Below are positions 14,901-26,900 of a stretch of 60,563 nucleotides of DNA, piece after piece. The position numbers and the translations under genes were made by a program. Numbering within the stretch: position 1 is the first letter of the stretch; every line of letters begins with the position of its first letter. The DNA comes from Catajapyx aquilonaris (lineage: Eukaryota): contig KZ538579.1 of the NCBI GenBank assembly GCA_000934665.2, positions 1-60,563 of the forward strand, written 5' to 3'. The notes beneath the pieces were generated by a model. It had not been told where the DNA came from. It saw only the letters and a list, made by a program, of their open reading frames with translations, and searched no databases.

Positions 14901-17900
14901 AGAGAGAAGAAGGCAGGACCTACCTTTAATTAGCGAGCTTTATTTAAAACACTGCGGCCTCCGCACGATTTTTAGTTTGTGTGCGCGCAAATCCGCCAAT
15001 CAGGAAATATTTCGCACGCTTCGCAATTTTGTGTGTGTGGGATATTAACTTCCTGGTTGAACGAAGCTAGGAGCTACTGTTATCATCTGGTATATTTAAT
15101 ACATGTGTAGTGGAACCCGTTGCTAATATTTGGCCCAAGCAGTATGACAGTGACAATCAAGCTAGCCCGCCGATTTACCACGTAGTACTATTTTTACGGG
15201 AGAGATGGCGCATAATCCCTCTGCACACTCCTGCCAGTCGATCGTGCGAGAGATTGCGATACTATCAGGTCGGACAAACATCAGACGGAGAGAATAAGCT
15301 TATTAGCCCGTTTTGTGTGTGTAAATATCTCCAGGAGGATATGAAACATATATAAAAGGCCAGGTTTGTATGTATGTTAGTTTATCCATGTCAGTGGAGG
15401 CTTGCTGGTACTAATGATGGAACCTTACTGGCGTTGCTGTAATAAATGGTCTTTTTTTTTAATCTGCCGGAAGTACAGCTCTTTCGACCCGTAGCAAATA
15501 AGCATCAGCTGGCATGTGTGACTCTTGCGCATCGCTGTACTACAGTACCGTACACCCGGTAGCCTAAGTCGACTCCATTCAGCCGATCCTCTTTTATTGC
15601 TATCATTAAAGCAGCAGCTTGCTACGGGACACCGGCTTTATTTTTCTGGGTAGGAATGCGGGCCAATCTGTGGACGTAGTACCACATGTCTCACATAGAT
15701 GACGCACTACCTCATAAGCAGAGTTGATCACTTTCCCTGTTCAACCTTCAACAATGAGAGGACATACAGCCATGGAGCATATAATAAGAGGCCCAAACAT
15801 TCGATTTCCGCTTCTCTCTGTTTGGGGCCGTTGCCAAGGCCGGCCGCCATTTTGAAGTGGGGGCAACGCCAACGAGGTATAAATAGGGTACAGGCAAAAA
15901 AATAGGGTCCGCCATCTTTGATTCGCGCGGGTTCTTGCCGTGCAGTTGCCATGGCCGCGAAAACCATCAAAGATGGCTGACCCTATTTATACCTCGTTGG
16001 CGTTACCCCCACTTCAAAATGACCGCCACCCTTGGCAACGGCCCGAAACAGAGAGACGCGGAAATCAATGACAATGACGTTTGCGCCTCTTATGTAGTAT
16101 ATGCTCCCTGATACAGCGGTCAGAGGGTGGGACACACTTCAATGTAGTCTCTGATTGGACTTTGTACGGACGGTGACTCATCACCAACGTGCAGAGGTGG
16201 GCACAGCTAACTTTCAATAACAGCTAACTTGTTCAGCAAAACCATGGACATCGCGCCAAATCCTTAGCAGCTAGAACGGTTAGTGGAAACCCCCCTAATC
16301 ATTCTAGCTGTTTATCATTAGCAATTTAGCGCCGCCCACGGTTTACTAACCGAATTAGCTGTTAGCGGAAGTTAGCCGAGCTAAAAATTTCGGTTAGCTT
16401 GCCCAGCTCTGCCAACGTGCATGCAGTACTACTTTCCCCCTAATGGCGGCAGTAGTGTGCGGAGAGGGTACTGTAGCTTGCGTGCCATCTAGTAGTGGCA
16501 TATCGTACGTTCTTTCCTCTGGTAGTTCCGGTGTACGGCACGGATGGCGGTAGCTGGCAGGGCGTAATCGGAGGCTATCGCTTCCGGATATACATCACAG
16601 ATGGCGTTGCTGAAATGGCGCGGTGTGTTCGAAAAGTTCCGTTGCGAAGAACGGGCTCCTCTGCGAGTTTCCATATAAGCGGCTACATTTGAGATTGCTT
16701 TTTTTTCCTTCGCAAAATAAGCAGTCGCGGTTATAACAACAGGTGCGAGACGACTTCCTGGTAAAGGGACGGCATTCCTTCCAGGAGATGTTTGGGAATC
16801 GCGTTACTCCTCCCCCTTGGGAAATCCTGTGCAGATACTAGGAACTGGATCTGAGTCGCACGGGAGGTGGTGGTGTAAAAGACTTGGAGGGGGGGGGGGG
16901 AATCTCAAAGTAACTTACGTGTAACGGGGGTTTTGATGCTTGCGCAGTTCCGGTCTATTCTCTTTTTTTTTCGTACCTTTTTTTTCTTTCCCTTTCTTCG
17001 GACATGGATGGCCGCCCTCCTAAAACAAGGAGGGGATTGGCCCCCCCTGCCTCATACATACACTCCTTCGAAAGATGAGAAAAAAAATTAGGCAAAAAAT
17101 CAGTCAGCGAGTCTGTTGTAATGACCGTGAGGGGGTCCTTCACCAGATGATGTAACCACCCCCCGTCCAAGATGGTTATCAAAATTCAGCCAGGTATGGG
17201 CCATGGCAGGTTGCATCACGAAGAGGGGATGATGAGGGCGGGTGTAATTAGCTCTAATTATTATCCAACACTGACGTAACAGGTGCGTATACTAGTTGGC
17301 GCCATCCAGAGTTATGTATCCGAAACATTTCTGCCGTCAGATATGAGAAGACCGTAACTCAATGGCCACTTCCCCTTGCGCCGCTTGCGGAGAGAAAAAA
17401 AGCAGTGGTACCAAAAGCACCCAACAGGTGGAGTTGGGATGTCGTTCCTTTTTCCCCCTTCCCCCAACGCCACCTCTTGGATGATCTCGGTAACACTTTC
17501 TTTCTTTTCTCGCCGCAAGGGAAGTGGATAATGAGTTACGGTCCTCTCGCATCTGACGGCAGATTTACTATCCGTCTTGTGCGTCGCTGGCTGACGAACG
17601 TTATTGTGGCTTTGCCAATTTGCAGTGGCAAGCCGTTGCCATTTTTGCCGTTATTCCATGTTGAATGCATCGGGATCTTATACAGGGTGGACGAACTTCA
17701 AGTGTCGTTTTATAACGGCTATTAATAGAAGCGCTTTAGATTGACGTAGCAGCGACGTGTAAAAAGGCCTACTTCGATGGCGCCGAAGCTTGGCCGAAGT
17801 GGGACATTTTACACGTCGCTGCTACGTCATCGCAAAATCACTGCTATTAATCGCCGTTATAAAACGACACTTGAAGTTGGTCCACCCTGTATTAAGCACA

Positions 17901-20900
17901 AATAAGCTTCCACTGATATCTATTGAAAACGTCCCCTGGATGTTACCTTTGGACATCCATGGGATATCCAGATCTGAGACATCAATGGATATCCGCTGGA
18001 TTTTCGGTTGACATTTGTGGATGTCCCCTAGATATCCATGGGACGTCACTGTGCTACTTTGGATTGTTTTATAGTATTTACCCGACTTCGCATATATCGT
18101 ACACATTGTTGCTCGAAGTACGTTTTCCTTGCCGTGCATCGCGATGTGCTCCGTTTAGTATTTTAATGAGCTCGGCTGCCAACTCTAAAATGCCCTTGAT
18201 CACGAATCGCTTTGCACGCATGCGCAGTACATATTCTCTACTGGTTTATTGTAATCGTTCACATCCTGGATTATTGTTACTTCCTTACATTTTTCAAGCA
18301 GCTCCGATTCCCACGTCATCACACACACAACAATGATGCACGGCATCAATCGTATGATGAATACAAAATGTACTATAGAAAAACCCTCGCTTCGATCACT
18401 TTTTACTAGGCCTGCGGTCTACGGTGGTGGAGGCCATGTTGTTAATCGCTTCATCGTGGGGGGAGCGAAGTAGACCTTCCGGTCGTCAGCGAACGAATTG
18501 ATAGTTCCTCCCGCCCACCAGAGGCGCTGTCTCCACCATGCGCATGCGTAGACTGCGAGCCAATCGGAAGAGTCGCGGTAACAATATGCGGCGGACCAAC
18601 CAGAAACGAATTAATAGTTCCTCCCGCCCACCAGAAGCGCTGTCTCCACCCACTGCGCATGCGTAGAACGCGAGCCAATCGGAAGCGTCGCGGTAACAAT
18701 GCGGCGAACCAAAACGAATTTCTAGTTCCTCCCACCCACCAGAGGCGCTGTCTCCACCCATTGCGCATGCGTAGAACGCGAGCCAATCGGAAGCGTCGCG
18801 GTAACAATGCGGCGAACCAAAACGAATTGCTAGTTCCTCCCACCCACCAGAGGCGCTGTCTCCACCCATTGCGCATGCGTAGAGAGGGAGCCAATCGGAA
18901 GCGTCGCGGTAACAATATGTAGCGTACCAACCAGAAACGAATTGATAGTTCCTCCCGCCCACCAGAGGCGATGTCTCCACCCAATGCGCATGCGTAGAAC
19001 GGGAGCCAATCGGAAGCGTCGCGGTAACAATATGCGGCGGACCAACCAGAGAGCAGCTTATTATTTTATACATGCACGCCCACTATACGATATATATTGA
19101 AATGTGTGTGTGTTTTCACCAACAGACATCGACGAGTGCAAGATACCTGAGCTGGCGGCCAGGTGTGTTCCGAATGCCGAGTGCTGCAACCTGCCGGCCC
19201 ACTTCGTCTGCAAGTGCTTCCCGGGATACGAAGGAGACGGGGAGGTGGAGTGTCTCGGTATGTCATCTAGTAGAGCCTACATGTCATTATTCACACTGTC
19301 GCATTTGCTATAATTGTATCTGCATGTTGTTGCAGACATTGACGAGTGCAAGGACCCTGAGGCCTGCGGACACAACGCAATCTGCGCCAACCAACCAGGG
19401 AACTACACTTGCACATGTCCCGATGGCTACAGAGGGAATCCGTTTGACGGGGTACTACGCTCTCATGTCATGTCCAGTAGATGCGGTACTGACCCGTGTT
19501 GTTTGTTCCAGTGCGTGGATGTGGACGAATGCGATGAGCGTGGCTGCGGACAGAACGCCAAGTGCACCAACCTGCTGGGAGGCCACACATGCGAGTGTCC
19601 AGAGGGCTACAGGGGGGACGACCCGTACACCTCCGGATGCGCGGACACGGACGAGTGCGCCTTGGGGTTCTGCGGAACCAACGCCATTTGCACCAACCTC
19701 CCTGGGTCGTACAGATGCGAGTGTCCAGCAGGATTCAGAGGCGACGCCGCTACACTCTGCAGAGGTCAGTACCTATAACGTGCACACAATGTACCATATG
19801 TAATATTCAACAGGAATTATTTAACTGCTTCAGCTACTGACTAATGCGAAACAAGGAGTACCGTACTGGTGCTTCCATTACTTTAACAATTTAACCGTTG
19901 GTGGCGGGTGGCCTCTCGTTAACACCTCTTCCAGATGTGGACGAGTGTGCTGCGGAGACCTCTCCGTGTGCGTTGTCCAACACCGTGTGCCAAAACTCTG
20001 CCGGGGGATTCGAGTGCCAGTGCAGCAGGGGCTACGAAGGAGACGCTTTGCGGTCCGGGTGCGTGGACGTTGACGAGTGCTCCAAGGGACAGAACGCTGC
20101 GGTGTGTGGGGTCAATGCCAAGTGCTTCAACGTCCCTGGGGACTACAAGTGCCTTTGCCCCAAGGGATTCCAGGGAGATCCGTCTCACTTTTGCCAGAGT
20201 CAGTTGACTTACTTGGTGGTGGTCGGTCGGTGATGTCTGCAGGTGGTGGGCGCAATCATTAGTAACCATTTCTTCTTACACTGTTGTTGTAGTCAGTATG
20301 TGGATTAGTCACTGCACGAGTCGGGGCCAGTGTTGCCCTCGAGGCGATGCATCTGACATGTTATGTGTTTGCAGATGTGAACGAATGCGAGGCAAACCCA
20401 TGCGGACAACATGCTGTTTGCACTGACACTGTCGGAAGCTACGTGTGTCACTGCAAGGAAGACTACACTGGAGACCCATACACAGGATGTGTCGGTGCGT
20501 ACCACTCTCTCTCTGGTAACCGGTTATGCGGCTGATTGCTGAAAATGTTTTCCAGATATAAACGAATGCGTCGCTCTGGAAAAACCGTGTGGCTTGTACG
20601 CTGTGTGCGAGAACGCTGCCCCTGGATACACATGCTTGTGTCCATCCGGGTTCTCGCCTCATCCCGATCCGAAAGTGGCCTGCGAACAGGTAGATGTGAG
20701 CACCCTCTGCAAGTCCGATTTCGACTGTGTCAACAATGCAGAGTGCGTGGAAGGGCAGTGCTTCTGTCGTGATGGGTTCGTCGCAAGAGGAGCCGTTTGC
20801 CACGACATTGACGAGTGTGCCAGTGGACAGCCATGCGGTCCAAACGCTGTTTGCACCAACACTCCAGGCTCATTCAGATGCGAGTGTCTTCCCGGCAACA

Positions 20901-23900
20901 TCGGACGACCACCGATCAAGCACTGCAAAGGTACGTTCACATTTGTTGGGCATTCCGACAAGAGTCTAACGATGATCATTTCCAGCTCCATGCGAGGGAG
21001 TCAAATGTGATGACCACGCTTTCTGCCGACCTGATGGTGACGAGGCTTACTGTGTGTGCAACGATGGATGGACATTTGACCCCGAGAATGTCGGCGCTGG
21101 TTGCCAGGATGTGGATGAATGCGATGCTTCTCAGGGACGATGGGGACGATGCGGACAGGAAGCTCTTTGCACCAACACTCCAGGCAGCTTCGCCTGCAGA
21201 TGTCCTCCAGGCTACTCCGGAAACCCACTCCAGCTCTGTCTGGACGTGGACGAATGCGCCTCCAGACCCTGTGGTGCTGGAGCCATATGCACGAACTTGC
21301 CTGGATCATTCAGATGCTCATGTCCTGAAGGATGGCTGCCAGATCCCGATCCCTTCTCGAGATGCGTTGAAGTCGTGAGATGCGCTGGAGACCACGAGTG
21401 TCCTGGAAACGCCTTCTGCGATCCGGTGGGACGATGCTTGTGTCCCGATCCCAACGTTGGAAACGACTGCAGACGTAAGCTTCACTCTCTTACGATTGCT
21501 GCATGATTACCAAACTAAGTGTGCACCAGAGAAGTTCATGGCGTATGTTTGATGTTGCAGATCCGTGTGAAGAGGTGTCGTGCGGCCCTCGCGCTGAGTG
21601 CATGCTGATCAACGGTATGCCCAAGTGCATGTGCGCGCCTGGGTACACTGGAGGGAATGACGGCGGATGCGTGGATGTTGACGAATGCGATGCACCCAAC
21701 ACCTGCGGTGCAAACGCGGTGTGCCGGAACGACCTGGGCGGGTTCAGCTGCGAGTGTCCCGCAGGATGGGAAGGCGACGCGTACTCTGGAGGATGCCGTC
21801 CTGGAGCCACCCCGCCTCCAGCGTGCGGCCCTCAGCGCCCATGCCCTTCCGGAGAGCAGTGCGTGAAGGACGCGACCGACGCCCCCGTGTGCGTCTGCCA
21901 ACGTGGCCACACACGCGATTCCAGCACAGGACGCTGTCGTGACGTCAACGAATGCATCGAGAAGACGGACAAGCCACCATGCGGACCAAACGCAATCTGC
22001 AGGAACCTTCCAGGCAGCTACGAGTGCCAGTGTCCTCCTGGATACAACGGAAATCCATTCAGCTTTTGCCAAGGTAAATTGCCAGCCCCAAGTAACACGT
22101 AGATATCCGTCGGACATCCCTGGATATATCCACTGGACATCTCTGTCAATATCTGTCGGACATCCCTGGATATATCCACAGGATGTCACTGTAGATATCC
22201 ACAGGATGTCATTGTAGATATCCACTGGACATCTCTGTATAGATATCCATGGGACATCGCTGTAGATATCCATGGGACATCTCCATAGATATCCAAGGGA
22301 GATCCCAGCATGTCTCGTGGATCGGTCTGACATCCTGGGGACGTCCAGGCCCGATAATGCTCCATACTTAACCGGTGTTGCTTCTGTTTAGAATGCACGA
22401 GCGTAGAATGCAGCTGTCCGCCTCCGTACCAAGTCCTGAACGGCAGCTGTGTGTTGTCCGGATGCTCTGAGACTCAACCGTGTGCTCCGAACGCGGAGTG
22501 CATCACGGTCACCGGAGGACTCAGCTACTGCGCCTGTCCTGCCGGGTTCCTCACACTCCCGGATGGTAACTGCCAAGGTACGTACCGCGGTTTACCGTCC
22601 GTGCCGTACGGTACAGCATCTTTTACCATTTCAGATGTGGATGAATGTCAGGGCCACGTTAGCCCTTGCGGATTTGGAGCCATCTGCACCAACCTTCCCG
22701 GATCCTTCACCTGCTCGTGCCCTGGAGGTCACGAGGGCGACCCCTTCCACGGGATCTGTGCTCCGAGCCAGGTCAGATGCGACTCGGACTCCCAGTGTGC
22801 GCCTAACGAGCGGTGCGTGCAGCCTGGTCTCTGCGTGTGCCCACCTCCGTTCTTCGCTGACACCGACGATGCCCGGAGATGTAAGAGCCCATGCGAGCGG
22901 TTCCCATGCGGACCACATGCCAAGTGCACTCCGTCTGATCCGCCTCGTTGTCTGTGCGAGGCTGGGTTTGAAGGAGATCCTCTTGTTGGATGCACCGATA
23001 TTGACGAATGCGCTTCCTCACCCTGTGGAGCGAATGCACGGTGCTTCGATGAACAAGGAGCGTTCAGATGTGAGTGTCCGCGTGGCACCAGAGGCGACCC
23101 GTACGTCGGTGGGTGTCGAGGAAAAGCACAGCCTGAGTGCCAAAGCAGTGCGGACTGCGGGCCGCGGCTGGCATGCCGGGAGGGAACATGTGCTGACCCA
23201 TGCGACTCGTTACCGTGCGGACCCAACGCACGGTGCCTGGTGCAGGACCATGCGCCATGGTGCCAGTGTCTGCCCGGCTTCCACGAGGTGTCGGACGGAG
23301 CCTGCATTCCAGTCTGCCACGGTTACTCATGCGGCACCCAGGCCATATGCGTCGCCACCTCAGACGGACCATCATGTCGATGCCCAGATGGGTTCTCCGG
23401 CAACCCATTCCCAGGCGGACTCTGCGCACCTGATGTCTGCTCCCCGTCCAACCCATGCGGAGAGGCTCAGGTGTGCGTCGGCGGACGCTGCAGACACAAG
23501 TGCGTCGATGCGATATGCGGAGTCGGAGCCAAGTGCGAAAAGGGAACCGGAAGATGCGCATGTCTGCCGTACTTTGTTGGAGATCCGGACCTGCTGTGCG
23601 TCCCACGTAAGTACCTGCGTTTATCTTACGCCAGCAATTCCTTAACATGTGTTTCATTACAGCTGTGGCACCTCCGTTGTGTTCACCACCATGCGGATCC
23701 GGTGCTCACTGCGAGTATGGCCAACCGAACCGATGCATATGCGACCCTGGCGCTAGTGGGAATCCATACGAATCATGCGGAACCCAGACCAACTCATGCC
23801 AGGACACCAAGTGTGGTCGTCTGGCCGAATGTCGCCAGGGACAGGGACGAGTCGACTGCGTGTGTCCTCCGGGATACCAAGGAAACCCATACGTCTCATG

Positions 23901-26900
23901 CGAGGACGTTAACGAATGTGCAGGTCCCGATGCATGTGGAGCCAATGCGGTTTGTCTCAATGCGCCTGGCAGCTACGATTGTGCCTGCCGCGAAGGGTAC
24001 GGAGGGAACCCGTTCCTGATGTGCATGACGGCCGAGGAGAAGCATGACACCTGCGAGGGCGTACAATGCGGACCCAATGCCGTATGCAGCGGAGGACAAT
24101 GCTCATGCCCTGGCGGTACGACTGGCGATCCGGACGACCTGCTGCGAGGATGTCGTCTCAGCGGCTGCTCATCTGATACGGACTGTCCCGGATCGCACAT
24201 TTGCCTCGCGACCAAAGGACAGAGGCGGTGTGTCGATGCCTGTGCCAAGACGCAATGCGGACCAAACGCCTTGTGTGTAGCTGAACGACACCGTGCCGCA
24301 TGCGTTTGCCGAGATGGTTTTTCAGGCGATGCATCAAACGTACACCTAGGATGCCATCCGCCGCTGCCGCGAGACGACTGCAATGCGGACCACGACTGCA
24401 GAGGCGGATTTGTGTGCCAGGTGGACCAGACGGGTCTGCGGAGATGCTCCGACCCGTGCCTCCGAGTCGCATGCTCTCAGAACGAAGTGTGCGAACTGCG
24501 TGACGGCCGACCTGTTTGCGCATGCAGCGCTGGCACTATCCGGAATCCGGAGACCTCCGTGTGCGACATACCATCCATACCGGACTGCACGCACGACAAC
24601 GACTGCTTGGACCATGCGACATGCGTCCCAGATGCTCTTGGCGTACTCAAATGCCGTGACGCCTGCCTCGGGACAATATGCGCACCAAACGCAATCTGCA
24701 TCGCCATATCCCACCGAGCGCAATGCCAGTGCACCGCTGGGTTCACCGGTAATCCCAACGATCGTACCGGATGCCGTCCGCTGACACGTGACCTTTGCGC
24801 TGTGAACGCCGAATGCGCTGAGGATGAAGATTGTGTCGTGCGAGATGGTGCACGCATTTGCTTGCCCGCATGTGCCAGCCTTTTGTGCGGACCAGGTGCT
24901 GTTTGCGTGGCTCAAAACCACGTAGCCCAATGCCGCTGTCCGCCTGGTTTGTACACCGGGGATCCCATTAAAGGATGTGAGGCGGTCGCATGCGTTTACA
25001 ACGAGGATTGTCCGCCTGAGCAGTTCTGCGATCGGCTGTCCCACTCGTGCAGACAAGCATGTGGACCTGATGCATGCGGAGTAGGCGCCGTGTGTGTTGC
25101 CGAGGCACATGCACCGCAATGCTCATGTCCGCCTGGACTTGTGCCGGACCCGCATCCGGACGTAGGCTGCGGAGTACCATCAACTGGATGCCAACCAACA
25201 TCGTGCCATCAGTCCGCAATATGCGAGCTTGAACCTACATCGAGGACACCGCTATGCAAGTGTGGGCCAGGACATGTCGGTAATCCGCGGTACGGTGAAG
25301 CCGGATGCCATCCTGAAGGACAGTGTCCAAAGGGTGATTCGGACTGTCCGCCCGATGCGCTTTGTATTGGCGGACGCTGCCAGGATCCGTGCGTCGGACT
25401 GTGCGGACCAAACGCACAGTGCAGAATGGAGCAGCGAGTACCGCTGTGTTCATGCCCACCCGGGTTCGTACCGGACGCGGCTTCCGCCGGGAACGGATGC
25501 GTGAGACAAGTGCGGCCATGCTCAGGCGATGCGGAGTGTGGCAACGGCGTATGCGTCGCCCAACAATGCAAGGTCGCATGTCGCGACTCAGGCGACTGCG
25601 CTGAAGGCGAGAGATGCCAGAGCAGCGTGTGTATGCTCCCATGCGTCGCACACGCGCAATGCCCTGAGGGCCAAGCGTGTGCTCGTGGCTTCTGCATACT
25701 GGGATGCCGATCGGATGCTGAGTGTGGACCGGACCGTGCTTGCTTGAACAGAAGATGCCAGGATCCGTGCGATAGGGAAGGCGTGTGCGGTGCAAATGCG
25801 CTGTGTCACGTCGACGAGCATGCGCCGTACTGCTCGTGTCCAGACGGATTCGAGCCGGAGCAACAAGGATGCGTGCGTTCCCTTCTGTACTGTCTGGACT
25901 CATCGGTGTGTCCGTCCGGTCATATTTGCCTAGCCGGACGATGCCTGCCGTCATGCGATGGGCATTCCCATTGCGCTCAGGGTGAGCGATGCCACCAGGG
26001 CGCATGCTGCAAGATATGCGTGTCCGACGCCACCTGCCGTCCTGGTGAAGTCTGCGCGGAAGGAGTGTGCCAGCCTGGCTGCAGGTCGGACGCTGACTGC
26101 CGCGAGCACGAGCTGTGCCTGGCCAACCAGTGCAGATGCGCCCCTGGATTCATCCCCGCTCCTGAAGGCCTGGGTTGCTTGGACATCAACGAGTGTGACG
26201 ACCACACTTGCCATCCCACAGCCTCCTGTCTGAACCTCCCTGGGTCGTACCGCTGCCTCTGTCCTGAAGGGCTTGTCGGAGATCCCTTCCAAGCGCCGGG
26301 ATGTGTGTCGCCTGACGAGTGTAGGCACGATGCGGATTGTGCGGATTCACTGGCATGCAGAGCGGACGAGCATGGGACTGGACGGCTGGCCTGTCGGGAC
26401 CCGTGCGCTGGACGGCAGTGCGGACCAAACGCATTGTGTAGAGCGGAGGGGCACAGGGCCGCATGCGTGTGTCCGCCTGGGCACGTCGGAAGTCCAGATG
26501 ACCTGCGACTTGGATGCGCAAGGCCAGAGTGCTTGGCTAACGAGGACTGTCCGACTCACCGGGCCTGCAACTCACTGGTCAACAAGTGTGTCGGTACGTA
26601 CGCTATCTGTACTGACAGAGCCACAATAATGTTTGTTGCGAATTAGGCCGACGACGGCTATTGTGGATTTACCAATCGCTGGTGTCGTATTAATTGGCAA
26701 ACACACAATAACGTTTGTTGTCAAGCCAACGAATGTTATTGTGGCATTGCCAATCGCTGGTTTCTTATTAATAAAGCCACAGTAATGTTCGTTGGGTCGC
26801 AGGCCAAAGAATGTTATTGTGGCTTTGCCAAGTGCCAGTAGCCACAATAACGTTACTTGCTCAGAGAATGTTATTGTGGCTTTGCCAATCGGCAGAGCCA

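Noticed and set aside
1..18400. Short ORFs in the 5' flank and large introns
   Set aside because: Low-complexity or MITE-derived; no recognisable domains, and no transposase or reverse-transcriptase motifs seen.
18451..19073. 177-195 aa repetitive minus-strand ORFs
   Set aside because: Products of the ~110-bp tandem repeat.
19126..26593. Call as fibrillin, Notch or tenascin
   Set aside because: No TB (8-Cys), LNR/ankyrin or FN3 domains; the Dumpy-specific N-terminus and DPY modules are present.
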